Assembly (NCBI GenBank): GCA_964016885.1
Contig: OZ024740.1
Coordinates: 233,802,001-233,866,000 of the forward strand
Direction: 5' to 3'
Source: Eledone cirrhosa
Taxonomy: Eukaryota
Length of the DNA: 64,000 nt
The position numbers and the translations under genes are program-made. Below are positions 31,847 to 48,247 of the stretch, one piece after another; within the stretch, counting starts at the first letter, position 1, and each line of letters opens with the position of its first letter. The notes below the pieces were generated by a model. The model saw only the letters and a program-made list of their open reading frames with translations. It was not told the DNA's origin and searched no databases.

Positions 31847-31850
<4 letters not shown>
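31222..31850. mobile_element. Fold-back PLE-like tail with about 215-bp inverted arms, each with a CAGAAGA hammerhead (minus 31245-31295, plus 31689-31739)
   Basis: agttt-CAGAAGA-tccc-gttaa-gggt-GAAA-gca...tgc-TT-aaact; (TA)n on both sides. Confidence 0.75.
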
Positions 31851-31926
<76 letters not shown>

Positions 31927-32284
31927 TATGTATATATATATGTATATATATATATATATGCATATAAATATGTATATATATATATATACATATATACATA
32001 TTATATATATATATATATATATATTATACATTGGTATCCGTACACACAGTATAGGTTAACCGAAGCTGAGTAATATGCATGAAAACATGTCTTATTTATG
32101 TATTTCTACGTAGACTCACTCGAGGTTTGATCTTTGTTGAGACGTCCATCAGAAACAGACTATATTCCCCACAATCTACGAATGCATTTATAGCATACTG
32201 CGGTTGCTTAGTGCACAATTTAATATGTCATTGATTATTTTACTTTTATATGCAAACTAGCAGATCCAGTTCTATAGATCTGAT

Positions 32285-32468
32285 TCATTTTTATTTGCTT
32301 TGTTGATTGAAATTCCGATATAACGAAATTCACGGGGTATACAAAAATTCGTTGTAACGAACATTTCCTTAAATCGCGATCGACCTAACACATCGAACAT
32401 GTGGCCGGCGATTGAAAAAAAATTCTTTGTTATACTGAAAAATTCCTTATAACGGAATTTTACCTGTA
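32285..32468. mobile_element. Tigger/pogo-like MITE remnant
   Basis: Repeated (T)TCGTTATAACG-type subterminal motifs, ending ...TTTTACCTG|TA. Confidence 0.45.
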
Positions 32469-33535
32469 TTTGTATGGAACTAAAACATCACTGAACTTAA
32501 CCACCTTTAAACATGAGATGGATGCCATTAAAAAAAGGAAGAGTCTATGTAGCCGGTAAAAGAATAAGATACCATGAGTTGCGGTCCGAGTTAAGACAAT
32601 TGTTAAGACAATTATTAAGACAATTTGAAATATTTTCCACCATCAATTGTTAAAATCATTTAGTCGTCCATTCGTAACGTACGTTATGCTTTAGTTACAT
32701 ATCACACATCTACACATAAATACATAGATAGATACAGACAACAGAAGGAAGGGGCTGGTGAAACGCTATAGTAATGTGTTGCGTCTGTTTAGGGTTTACC
32801 GGCTACATAGCTTATTTGTTAACAAAATCTTCACGTTTGCTCCAAATACCGCACATAGATATATCTTAGACCACTTTTAGAGAAAAGGCCAACCATCGGA
32901 TGGGTATAAAGTCACTGGCAGACGTGCCCCCGCCACCGGCCCATACTTCTAGCGTTTCTAGAATGTGACCTTCTCATTCGGAACTGTCTGACCTTATGCA
33001 TGTATATATATGTATGCGTATATTTAAGTGTGTGTGTGTGTGTGTGATGTTTTGTTTCTTTATATTTAATAAAACTAATGGTTATTTGTAGATAATTAAA
33101 TATATATACATATAGAGAAAGAAAGAGAGAGAGAAAGAGAGAAGAAGAGAGAGAGAAAGAAGTAATAGAATGGAAATTGAGGGAATTGGTCTGCTAGTAA
33201 TCGCAGAAAAACATCGCCCTCAAATCAGACTGTATTGTTGTATAAAAGGAAGTCTATATTTTATAAAGTTATACAATATCTGAAAAGCGGAAGGGTTGAT
33301 ATGGCCGGAGCACGTTTGAACATAGAACGAACACGGTGCTAACGCACCCTTACTTCTTTATCTACCAGTCATTTTCTATCTCAACCCTTTTCTCACATGT
33401 TCTTCACGGCAACTGGAACTATCGGAGCCTTCTATAAATTCTCCTATTATTACCCCTCATGAGGACGGTTGAGCGGCAGAATCGTTAGCGCCTCGAGTGA
33501 AATACATTGTAGCATTTCATTACAATCTTTTACAG

Positions 33536-33829
33536 CAGGCATGGGCAACCCTTTTCGAGAAGCGGGCCGCATGAGATATGATTCATCATCAGGCGGGCCG
33601 CAAGCGCTAATTTACATTCGTGTCCACGTTAAAAAAAGAGGGACGCTAACTCAGGTTGTTTTGAGTTGTTTCTTCAGAATTCGTACACGTTGTTTTCCTC
33701 GATAGTAAAAAGAATAGAAAGATAAATCACGACTGAAAAGTTGGGGTAAAAAAAATCAAAAAAATTTCACTTTGGTGACTTAGGCGAGCCATTCAGAAAA
33801 CTTCACGGGCCGCAGGTTGCCCATGACTC
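33536..33829. mobile_element. hAT-like MITE inserted in a degenerate SINE (33470-33960)
   Basis: TIRs CAGGCATGGGCAACC / GGTTGCCCATGACTC and subterminal CGGGCCGCA motifs; no clear target-site duplication. Confidence 0.65.
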
Positions 33830-35105
33830 TTGTTTCTAATCCCATTGAAGTCAAAAACTGTGCTTTTCATCCCTCCGGGTTTAATGCAATAAAGGACCAG
33901 GTTGATAATATCGACATAGCCCTCTCCCACTGCCCAGCCAAACAAAACAATTCTGACCTTATGCATATATATATTGCGCAATATATAATTCAATTGTTGG
34001 CGTCCAAATGAATAAATTGTTGCTACACACTCACACACATATACGCTTTCACATACACTCACATAATATACTAAGACAGACACACAGAGACATACATTCA
34101 CGCAAACACACACATAGCTTTCACCTCATTTTTTTGTCAGTTGCCACATATATGTGTAGATGTGTGTGTGTATATTTAATAACGTACCCAGACAGACACA
34201 CACAGGCATACATTCACGCGTACCTATTAACCTATTACTTGTCTGTCAACACATATGTGTAGATGTGAGTGTGTGTGTTTAATTGTCTGTGTGAATATAA
34301 TGTGTATTCAACTTACTAAGCCTATATCTATGTGTAGATGTGTGTGTGTGTGTGTGTGTGTGTGTTTAATTGTCTGTGTGAATATAATGTGTATTCAACT
34401 TACTAAGGCTATATGTATGTGTAGATGTGTGTGTGTGTGTGTTTAATTCTGAGGCCTAGCGTTAAAATAAAAAATGATCACACATAAACTCACACACACA
34501 TACATTCACCCACACACATACACTCACACACACATACACTCACACATACATACACTCTCACATACACTCACACATACACTCTCACATATATATACTACGA
34601 TATACACACACAGATATACACACGTACGCCAATTACTTGTCTGTCAATACATATGTATATATATTTGTGTAGATGTGTGTGTGTGTGTGTTTAATTCTCT
34701 CTATGTGTGAAGATAATGTGTATGCAACTTACTAAGGCTATATGTATGTGTAGATGTATGTGTGTGTGTTTTTAATTCTCTGCGGTCTAACGTACGTAAA
34801 GAACACGCAAACAAACACACACTCATATACAAAATGTGACGTCGTCGTCGTCGTGGTGGTGCTGGTGGTGGTTGACTATAGAAAGATTATTTAGGATAAA
34901 ATGTTATATTGTTTTAATCCAAATGAAAATAAAATTTACATGTTGACACTCTACTATTACTTTTTAAAATCTGATTTGATTTGGTCGAGCCGTTTGAGAA
35001 TGCATAGGAACAGACAGACAGAGAGAGAGACAAAGAATTTTATATAGAGAGATATATAGAGAGATATATAGATGTATGTGTGTGTGTGTGAGTGTGAGTG
35101 TGTGT

Positions 35106-35174
<69 letters not shown>

Positions 35175-35427
35175 AAATAAAAAGGATAAAGATCCCATAA
35201 CTCCTTGTGGAGTCGTACAGGGTACATTTAAACCTGGCAGAGCCCAACCTTCTCCAAGTCTGAACACAGCTGATTTTTCTATAGTGTAAGAATGGACTCC
35301 AGTACTGGACTGGTATTTTTTTTTATCGAACTCGAAAGGATGAAAGGTTGCTACGTTTTTCTGTCGGTATATTTTCGTGAGCTTTTACAGGCACTCAAAA
35401 ATTTCTCATTGGAGGATATACTGCTAG

Positions 35428-35495
<68 letters not shown>

Positions 35496-35548
35496 GATAT
35501 GTATATATAAATATATACATACACACACATTTATATATATATATAATA

Positions 35549-37215
<1,667 letters not shown>

Positions 37216-37424
37216 TATATGTAATATTTATATATATATATATATAATAAAAGTATGTGTTCCTACATGTTAATAATACACATAGAGATACAAGTATAGT
37301 CCGACCGTATGCAAGTGTGGTTCAATGGTAAGTTAATAAATTAACAAGCCAGAATCAAGAGAAAGCACATAAAGAAAAAAATTTAAGATAAATTTCAAAA
37401 AGATTCACTGTACTTACTATATGT

Positions 37425-37506
37425 GCCTTTACCGCGGTTTCAGATCCCAAAACAAATAGGTAATCCAAACGGATTTCCTTTGAGAAAGAGATCCTCGTCA
37501 GAAGGC
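37425..37506 (-). ncRNA. Type I hammerhead motif with long stem II
   Basis: gcctt-CTGACGA-ggatctc...gggatct-GAAA-ccgcgg-TA-aaggc; lies inside a direct-plus-inverted repeat structure at 37245-37915. Confidence 0.8.
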
Positions 37507-37913
37507 TTTTCTCTCTCGGAGAATATCAAATTCTCGAGTTCAAAATACAAACTGGCGCCATACAAAACTGCCCCAACAAATGAATGATGAAACAATTTTG
37601 CCTAGCACCGTGTGCAAAGACTGAAAGCAAGGTGGACAGGTCAATCTCTTGCTACTAAAAATAGCAGCCGTTCAAATGATCAAGGGTTTCTCTACCGTTG
37701 GGGAGAATAATAATAAAAGTATGTGTTCCTACATGTAAATAATACACATAGGGATACAAGTATAGTCCGACCGTATGCCAGAGTGGTTCAATGGTAAGTT
37801 AATAAATTAACAAGCCAGAACATATAAAATGAAGGGACAGAAAATTTTTTAAGTAAGTACAGTGAATTTTTAGAAATTTATCTTAACATTTTTTCTTTAT
37901 TTGCTTTCCCTTG

Positions 37914-37990
<77 letters not shown>

Positions 37991-38228
37991 CAAATATAAA
38001 TTATCGAGAATCGTATTTCGGCCTATGAAATAACGAAAAACAACCTCCGAGATGTGTGGCAAGTGCTCAATGGTTCAGAAGAACCAGAGCTACAACATAC
38101 GCTAAAGGCCAAACACACTGAGACGATGGTTAAACAATTATCCGCAAAGCCAAAAAAAAACGATCAAGTAATTCGGGTCAAACAAATAAAAATATATGTG
38201 ATTGAAAATTGAAAATGTGATTGAAAAC

Positions 38229-38274
<46 letters not shown>

Positions 38275-38512
38275 CATATATATCTCAACTGAATATGAAA
38301 AAATAACCATATGTGCGCTTCGCTTGATGCCATATATAGATATTTTCTCGGGCAAAATAACAGAATGAGATACAAGAATAAACAATATTTTATATATATA
38401 TATATAGAGAGAGAAAATTGAGGTTGGTAATGGCACATGGAATATATAAGAGACAGAATACTTTTTTGTGTATACACGCACATACACACACAACTACATT
38501 CACATATACATA

Positions 38513-38633
<121 letters not shown>

Positions 38634-38639
38634 GTTATT

Positions 38640-38838
38640 CCGGGTTGAATCGGAGGTAACCACAGTAAGTAAGGTACTCAATACATTGCAGAGTATAAAA
38701 GTTTTAATATAGATGAGATTCTACAGGACTAGAACTGTTTCATTCTTTAGAAATCATCAGGAATCATCAGGAATCAGATTCCTGATGATTTCTAAAGAAT
38801 GAAACAGTTCTAGTCCTGTAGAATCTCATCTATATTAA

Positions 38839-38842
<4 letters not shown>
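38640..38842. ncRNA. Divergent head-to-head pair of complete hammerhead motifs (minus 38717-38765, plus 38777-38825)
   Basis: gattc-CTGATGA-tttctaaagaat-GAAA-cag-ttctagtc-ctg-TA-gaatc on both strands. Confidence 0.85.
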
Positions 38843-38886
<44 letters not shown>

Positions 38887-39271
38887 AATGTAGTTGTGTG
38901 TGTATGTGCGTATATATATATATATAATGTATATATATATATATACATTATATATATATATATATACACGCACATACACACACAACTACATTCACATATA
39001 CATAATACACACGCTTACCTTTATTCCAGGTCCTAATCAATATTTCCTATTTGTTTCACCATATCTATACACATCTCATTCCATTTCACTCCACCTCATT
39101 AAAACAACACAATGGAGGTATTCAATAGTACATTTACAGTTCGGTAGTTTTATTCAACGTGACACGTATCCGTAATTGAATGCTAGAGAATTCACACTCT
39201 TTATATCTTCAACTGTATTGGTTTTTTCATAGATGAAATATTATTGCAATTATATATATGTAAATATATAT

Positions 39272-39890
39272 CGGGTCACTCTTGAGTGCTACTGGTAACA
39301 TGTAACCCAGTACAACCTGTCGAATGGTCGGTTCGTCGGTCACTAAACCGGCAACCCCACCAAGTTTACTTGGTGAGGAGGGTGATTTTGGAAACTCTGC
39401 AGGACAAAAAACAAAACCTCTCAAGGGGCGGAAGAACTCATAAGAGTCAACGGCCATCCAAAAATGTGTAAATATGTATATACACATGTACATATGTATG
39501 TATATGTGTATATATATGGGTGCATGTGTGTGTATATGCGTGGGGACATAGAAATAGTCGGGTTGGATACCCAATCGCACGGTTAATCCACTGGGAGTGA
39601 AGGACCCCTAGCCTTTGTCAGGGCATTCTTCTAGGAGAAGGCAACTCAGGAAACTGGGATAACTCCGACATAAAACTTGCGGTTAAGTAGTTACCGATGA
39701 TGTTGATTTTTTCTTCTTTTGGGGGTTATAGCTACTGTCGCTCAGAGAGTGGGATTGGCTCAGTCCACAGTGTTTCTTCACTTTAAAAAAATCTTTCCAC
39801 ACAGGCATTGCACGATGGAATTAATTAATAAATACTAATAATGGTAAATCGTGCAATGGCCATACTCGATAACGAGTGGGCAGCCATCAT
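39272..39890 (+). mobile_element. Family B non-autonomous retroelement, interrupted by microsatellite
   Basis: Collinear with the reverse complement of 30236-30845. Confidence 0.6.
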
Positions 39891-40094
39891 GTATGTATGT
39901 ATGGATGGATGGATGGATGTATGTTTGTTTGTATGTATATTTGTATGTATGTTTGTTTGTATGTATATTTGTATGTATGTTTGTATGTATGTTTGTATGT
40001 ATGTATGTATGTTTGTATGTATGTATGCATGTGTATATCTATGTACGTATGCATGTATTTATGAATGTACGCATATATGTGTCTATGTATATAT

Positions 40095-43000
40095 GTATGT
40101 TCTTCTGGTTTTATAATATCACAAATGTTTGCCAATAGAGAGGGAGACTCGGTTTCTAACATAGACACAATACTCTCTAATTGGAATTTACACATCAACT
40201 AGGTAGATATGTATGTATGTCTGCATGCATGCATGTGTAGGTATGGATGTTATTGTATGTGTGGATGTGTATGTTTTGAGTTGTATGTGTGCATGTGAAT
40301 ACGCTTTATATCTGTACATGTGTATATGCAGTTATTAGATGCAAAATCTTTGGAATGTTTTACATATTTTTTACTGTTCCATTAATGGATTATACTTGTA
40401 ATTTCCTAACTAGTTGTGTTCTTTCTGTTCCTGTGAAGCCTAGCTTCTCAATATTTGTATTGAGGCAGTTACTAACATATCCCAGTGCCCCAATAATCAC
40501 AGGCATAAATCTGAAGGTATAATCAGGGTGGAGTATCTGCAGATTTCTCATTAATTCTGCATAACTATTCTCCTTTTCTTTAATCTTTGATATTATATTG
40601 GCATCTGCTGGGCAGGTAACTTCCAGTACTGTGCATGCTATATTTTCCCTGTCCCATATCATAATATCTGGTCTGTTATGTCTGTATTTTATTGGGGTTT
40701 TTACTGGAACATTCCTCCAGTACTCTTTCATATTATGTATATGATGTTTTCCACATTGCTGTAGCTTTTAATGTGTTTATTATCGGGGATATCTTTTCTA
40801 CGGATTGCATTGTACAGTGTTTTGGCCACTACATCATACCTCATAGGTAGAGAGTACCGCGATGACATCTTTGGACAGCTGCTTATGACATGGGTGACAT
40901 CTTCGATGTTAATTCTGCAGAGTCTGCACTTGTTATCGCATCTAGGTGTTTTGCCTGCATCCCTATCTCTTTTGTGAATCAGGTATATCGTGTTGATTTC
41001 CTGTTCTTGGATTGCAAAAGCGTATCCTTCAAAATGGGAGCCAATATAGCAGTTGTTGGTCCAAGATAGACTACTTTTCTTATTTATATTACTCTCACTC
41101 TGGAGCTTCCTGGAAACATATCCATGCATGATTTTTTTTGCTGATAAGCATGCAGATTTTCTTACATGGGTTCACTGCGATACTGCTGAGCGACTTCCCT
41201 GAGTGTGAGTTTTTGATTATCACACAGGAGTTCTTTCAAGTTCTTTCAAGGAGTTCTTTCAAGGAGTTCTTTCCCAACTCTCATGATCTTATCTGTTTCA
41301 TGCAGATAGACTTGCTCGAGAGACGGGCTCCTACACTTCGAGGTTCGTAGATGTTGTCGGAGGGCTACGATGCGACATTCAAATGTTGTCTGGACTGATG
41401 TTAGGCCTCTGCCTCCCTGCTTACGTTTCAAGTAAAGGCAATCTATGTCACTGTTGATGTGGAAGTTTCCGGTGTTGTTTAATATTTTTCGAGTTCTAAC
41501 ATCAATTGCTCGGATTTCGTCTATCGTCCAATTGAGTATTCCAAACATTGGTGTTAGGACACTGCTTTCTTTTGCACAGAGAGTTCCGATGACCAGATCT
41601 TTCTTAATCGGGTGTAGTATTCCCTAGTTACGCGTTCTTTATTACAGATACCATTATAGGATATGTTCTCATGTATCCCCAGGTATCTGTAGCAGTCCTC
41701 ATCAGATATCGGTGAAACAGTTAGGCCATTGATGACAATGTTGCTAGACTAAGTTGTTGTTTTTCCCCGCTTTACAATCATATATGAGCATTTATCTTGG
41801 CCAAACTCCATTCCTATATCCTTTGAGAATGTTGTAACCAGGTCAAGATTTTTCTTCATCCCATCTATGTTCTTGGCATAGAGTTTCAGATCATCCCCAA
41901 AGAAATTATGGGTTAGGTTCGTATTTCTGTCCTCCTGTAAGCGAATGATGTATCCTTCACCTTTCTTGAGCAGAAAGGACAAGGGGTTTAATGACAGGAT
42001 AAATAGTAGCACAGAGAGACTGTCTCCTTGAAATATACCCCTGTGATATTCGGTTTTCTCAGTGAAAATATAGTCCTCCTTCTCTGTCTTTAACTTTAGG
42101 ATAGTAGCCCAAGAAGAAGACAACTTCTCTATGGCTCTGATAATAATGTCTGGGACTTTAGCAATCTATCATCCAAGAGTGGGGAACAGAATCGAAAGCT
42201 TTCCTGTAGTCCAGCCAGACTGTAGCCATATTCCTCCTAAGTTGTCACACATCCAACATCGCAGTTTTGTTGAATAGGAGTTGTTCAGCACATCCCCAAC
42301 CCCCCCTTTCTTTCCAGCTGCTTGTTCGTCTGTGATGATGTTATTATTTTCACAGTGATCTTAGAGGAATAGGTTCAGGCTGGCTGTATACATCTTATAC
42401 ATGAGGTTCTGGCATGCAATGGGTCGGTAGTTTTCTGCCAAGTGGGTGTCTTTGTTTTGGGGGACCAGTAATGTTTGTGCTAATGTCAACCATTCTGGTA
42501 TAACTGTATCTCTCTTAAGAACTTGTTGGTAGAGGTCGGTAAGATACCTCCGATAGAATATCAGTTTTGTGTACCAGTAGCCGACAATCATGTCTCTTCC
42601 TGGTGTTTTCTTTTCTTGTAGTTTTCCTCACTTATTTCGTATGTTTTTGTTGCAGTAAAGGAGCAATAGTTCTTTTGGATTTCTTTTAGCAACACTGCAT
42701 CTTGGTTGAAATTCTTCTTTTCACCCCATATTTTTCTCCAAAAGGAATCTGTCTTTCTGGGATGGGACCTCAGTGGCACTTATTATTAGACTGATGTTCG
42801 GTTTAGCCTGAATATTTTATTAAGCAATTTTCTTTCATCTTCCTTCTTCGGGTATTGGCGTTTTTCGCTGACAGCTCTCAATTCTTGTTTGAGGGTGATC
42901 AGCTTATATTGAAGAGTTCTGGTTCTACTGTTACCAAACATCGTCTCTATTTTATTTTTCACTTTTTGTTGGTGAGGAGTGAAGTTTGTTTGTGTTTGTT

Positions 43001-43450
43001 TGCATGTAAGGAGCATTGTCACATATCCTATGGATTTTCGTAGGTCATCAATCTTTTTCTATTTTAGTTATATATGATGGTATTTTTGGTGGTGTTTTGT
43101 TCTTGTTAATATCTCTGCCATCACCAAGATAATGTTTCACTGTCGTTGCTAAGGCATATAAACAGGCGTTGATTTGCCAAAATGTTGGGGTTTTTATCCG
43201 TCGTAAATATTCATCCTCTATTTCGTCAATAACACGTAATATTTCCTTATTTGGTTTTTTTATTAAATATTATTGTTTTAATATGTCCAGCAAGAGAAAT
43301 GTTTATACATGAATTAATTTCTCTCTGGAAGGTAGCAAATCCTTGTAAAATGAATTATGTATTTAGTCGGATATCTCTACAAATTCGAATAAAAGGTGTC
43401 TTCAGTGGATATAGTTAGAAGAATATCCAGTTATTCAACATGATTGGTAG
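40095..43450 (-). mobile_element. R4/Dong-like LINE, about 3.3 kb, frameshifted RT-Zn-RLE ORF
   Basis: NYRPIAC, RGIFQGDSLSVLLF, FFGDDLKLYA, QGGRGL, AIQEQEI, CRLC..NIEDVTHVISSC, HNRPDIMIWD. Confidence 0.92.
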
Positions 43451-43560
43451 TAGTGGCATTACTGTCGGCGATAGTATTCATCTTAAATTTAATGAATAGT
43501 CTCCCACACCAAAATATGCGGCTGATCGCGTTGACTGACTGACTGATGTATGTATATATG

Positions 43561-43768
<208 letters not shown>

Positions 43769-43863
43769 GTATGACCGACTCTACTACGCCAAGTAGTAAT
43801 CTGGTGAGTAATCGTCAAATAAATGTTTACAGCATCCATTCCGATTTATATATGTATTTATAC

Positions 43864-43965
<102 letters not shown>

Positions 43966-44076
43966 TCATATATACATGTATGCATACATACATATATATA
44001 TACATTCATACATACATGCATGCATACATAAATACATATATATATATATATATACATTCATACATACATACATAAA

Positions 44077-44320
44077 TGGTGGCTGCCAACTCGTTTTCGA
44101 GTATGGCCACTACTTTATATCCATGTAGGAGAACCCTCACCGATGCGCTGAACGAGTGTGACTTTTTAGTCCAGCCAGCGACTTGAAAACTCTGGTACAA
44201 ACACTACACTTGTGACAATTATTGACTCATAGTGCTGGGCCCATGGTACCATGTGACGACAAGTGCAGAAAGATCTCCAAATATAAAGCAATGCCTGTGC
44301 CGTGAAGCTTTTATAGTGAA
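44077..44320 (-). mobile_element. Family B 3' fragment
   Basis: Near-identical to 30236-30478. Confidence 0.75.
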
Positions 44321-44437
44321 CATACATACATACATACATACATACATACATACATACATACATACATACATACATACATACATACATACATACGCACACA
44401 TACACACACAGACACATACATACATACATGCATACAT

Positions 44438-44845
44438 TGTTGTTTGGGACCACACATTGAAAACGTGTTCTGTTGTGGAGATCAGCTGGCCACTTGATGT
44501 AAACGTTGTCAGAAAAATACAGGAGAAGGAGGACATCTACAGACCATTGATGAGGAGTTTACAAATCCAGTATCCAAGATACACCTTTAGCTTCTTGCCC
44601 ATCATTATTGGAGCTACGGGATATATACCAACCCGCTTGGACCAATGTATAACTGAACTTGGATTTGCGGACAAAGAGCGCAGCTCCCTAATTCATAGTC
44701 TACAAATGGCTGCGATAGCTGACACCTTCAAAATTTGCAAAACATTCTTGCGATTCAAGGGATGACAATTTCTTTTCTTTTACAACCTTGCCACCCGGAA
44801 GGTGGCCGGTCAAAAATATACTCGAAATTAAGAGAAAGAGATAAC
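44438..44845 (+). mobile_element. R4/Dong-like LINE 3' end in an (ATAC)n tract
   Basis: IVVWD...VVEISWPLDVNV..KIQEKEDIY...PIIIGATG. Confidence 0.8.
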
Positions 44846-45149
44846 ATACATGCATACATGCATACATACATACATACATACATACATACATACATACATA
44901 CATACATACATACATACATACATACATACATAAATAGAACATTTCGAATGAAGCAGTTCTAGTTATCTAAAAGTCATTTTTATATAATAAATATGCTTAT
45001 TCTGTTCTACCGCATTGCGTACCTTATTTAACTGTGGTTATTTCCCGATCCCTTTAATGTATATGGAATATTAGCTTTTCACTTATTAGTTTTCTAGTTG
45101 GATCTTCCAGGTTGTAGATAGATAGAATCTTTATTATGTTAGTAGATAC

Positions 45150-45270
45150 AGTTTGAGTTCAAATCCCACCGAGGTTATCTTCGCCTTTCGTCCTTACAGG
45201 GTCGATAAAATAAAGCACCAGTTATGCACTGGTATAATTGCTGTCCTTGTGCCAAAAGTAGAAGCAAAGC
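45150..45270 (+). mobile_element. SINE family A, 5'-truncated
   Basis: GAGTTCAAATCCCACCGAGG...GTGCCAAAAGTAGAA. Confidence 0.75.
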
Positions 45271-45335
45271 AATAATGTTAGTGGATGGAACTATTTTATG
45301 TGTGTGTTTGTGTGTGGGTGTGTGTGTGTGTGTGT

Positions 45336-45418
<83 letters not shown>

Positions 45419-45451
45419 CGCGTGTGTGTGCGTGTGTGTATGTATATACGC

Positions 45452-45680
45452 GGGGACATAGAAATAATCGGGCTGGATACCCGATCGCGCGGTTAAACCA
45501 CTGGGAGTGAAGGACCCCTAGGCTTTGTCAGGGCATTCTTCCAGGAGAAGGCAACTCGGGAAACTGGGATAACTCGAACATAAAACCTGCGGCTCAGTAG
45601 TTACTGATGATGTTGATCTTTTCTTCTTTTCGAGTTATAGCTACTGTCGCTCAGAGAGTGGGATTGGCTCAGTGCACAGT
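45452..45680 (+). mobile_element. Family B internal fragment
   Basis: Near-identical to 39542-39770. Confidence 0.7.
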
Positions 45681-45726
<46 letters not shown>

Positions 45727-46153
45727 AATATAATTTCAGCGAGATCATATTTCGGCGGCGGCCAAATCAACGAAACGCAATTTTCGAGATATGCCGGCAA
45801 GCGCTCAATGGACTAAGAAGAAGCCAGAGCAATTAACATACGTTATAAGGGCCAGACACATTATAAAAATGGCTGCGATATGACAAGCCAGGCAGGCGAA
45901 AAAAACGAGCAAGCTAAACAGGTTAACAAAAATTACCTTAACCTTCCTGGGACGTGGTGGTAAAAATCCAGTGGGAGGTTTCTGTGACTTCTAAATCAAG
46001 TGTACTGTCTGTTTGCCTTGTAAGCTTTTGGTATAATGATCGAACAAGGAAGACACTTTGTCAACATGTTCTTGCTCTCGACCTCCTACGGGTTCAAATG
46101 AAGCATTAGTGAAGCCACTACCTCACGTGGTTACCCTACAAGGGAGGTAACCC

Positions 46154-46242
<89 letters not shown>

Positions 46243-46244
<2 letters not shown>

Positions 46245-48030
46245 TGTAGAAGGTAAACAGAAATAACAACACAATCGGTACAGTATATGGAAGGGATATA
46301 TTGGGTTAACGCTTGATATAGCAGGAAGGGGGTCTTAAGGTTTCGGACGCTAGTCCTTCATCAGAAGAAAGAATGAGAAATAAGATAGATTGAGGAGACG
46401 GGCGGGATGGAATTGGAAAAAATGTCTCTAGATAAAAATAACCGGTCCATTCATATTGACATAGCTTGCAAAACTGTTGGTGCTGACGTTTTGTGTATGA
46501 TTTATTTTTTAGAAAAGTGGATGATGGAGCGCATCTACCTGAAATGGAAAAAAAAAGTTTTGTAAAAAGAGCTATACTTGAGCACATGCGTAAGCATGTG
46601 TTTGTGTGTGTCTGTGTGTGTGTTATTATACGTCCGTACGAAGCTAAAAAGAAATGTGTGTGTATATGTGAATAAAAGAGTGTGTGCATGTAAGTACTAA
46701 GCTATAAGTAAAAGAATGTTAATATAAGGGTGTGTATGTGTGTATACAGAGCAGTGAAGGGAAAAGTGGAGTGAGCATATATAGTCGGCATGTATTAGTG
46801 GTAAGAGAAGCTGCTAATGATCAAGAGAAAGCGATAGGAATCTAGGGATGTGATAATGGACGGGGTATTAGAGAAATTGGGGAGGTGAGTTGAGTCAAAG
46901 AGAGGAATAGGACCCAAGGCGGTGAATCAGACTTTGTTCAGTCCTGGTGCGCAAGGCCTGGGATCCATGATGTAAAAGGACATCTAGGATTGAAACATAA
47001 AGGGAAGAATGACCAGGAGAACAGAAATGACGGGCGTCCCGTTTGTCCGATATATAAAGACCCTCAAAGGGAACAACGGAGGTCATAGACAACGTGGGTG
47101 GATGTGCAGGTGAAGGAATGGCGGATACAGAAATACCCGTTAGGGCTTGTAAGAGTGGTAAGGGTGGAAATAAAGGGACAAGTGCTGCAGCGGGAATGGG
47201 AACAAGGATGAGAGCCGGGTGGAGTCATGGGAGAGGACGAAAAGGAATTGCGAACCAGGGGGTCGCGGAGGTTGCTTAAAAGCAGTAAATGGTGGGATTG
47301 GAAAAAAGCGAGAGGTGACGGGGTCAGAAGAGAGGATACGGAAGGAAAGGAGGATATGTCGCCGGAGTGGTAGGGTGATGGGGTGGTAGGTGAGAGGGAA
47401 AGGAACATGGGTGTTGGGAGGGTGGGGGTGAGGTGAGAAGGCTGTGGTGCGGTATGTTTCACGGGAGCGGGTGAGAGCATCTTGGATCAGAGTGGGGGGA
47501 TATTCACGCTGGATGAAGCAGGAAGCCATGCGAAGGGAATGGATTTCGAAATCGTCGTCCTGGCTACAGAGTCGACACAGACGGAGGAATTGGGAGTAAG
47601 GTATGGAGTGTTTGGTGTGGGTTGGATGGGAGGAGGTGAAGTCGAGGTAAGATTGGGAGTCTGTTGGTTTAATGGAGATGGAAGTAGAGAGGGTGTGGTG
47701 AGAGTGATTAATAGATAGAGAGATATCTAGAAAAGCGACAGAAAGATCGGAGACGGAGGCGGTGAAATTGAGAGCAGGATAGAAAGATTGGACAAAAGAA
47801 AGAAAACAGTCGAGCTGTTCTCGTGATAGAGAGGCGGCGTCGATACAGTCGTCGATATAACGACCGTATAGTTCAGCTGTCGGTCCAGCGTACTGGGAGA
47901 AGATCTGGGCTTCGACGTAGCCAACAAACAAGTTGGCATAGTTTGGACCCATTCTGGTTCCAATCGCTACACCAGAGACCTGTTGATAAATTTCACCCGA
48001 AAAAGAAAATCCATTGAGGGTGAGAACATG
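46243..48030 (-). mobile_element. 5'-truncated Neptune-type PLE (RT motifs B'-E, GIY-YIG, tail with minimal HHR at 46333-46368)
   Basis: MGPNYANLFVGYVE...YGRYIDDC...VAFLDISL...KPTD..SYLDFTSSHP...SIPYSQFLRL; CSHSRCSTC...FTCTSTH; HHR tctt-CTGATGA-aggac-tagc-gtcc-GAAAccTT-aaga. Confidence 0.9.
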
Positions 48031-48165
48031 CTCACGTTCACTTAAAAATAATTTTTAAATAATTAAAATAGACACAAACATGTATATAATGTGAAATGAA
48101 ACAGGAAAAGCCCATATATAAACGTGTGTGTACGTATATATATATAAATGTGTGTGTTTGTATAG

Positions 48166-48244
<79 letters not shown>

Positions 48245-48247
<3 letters not shown>

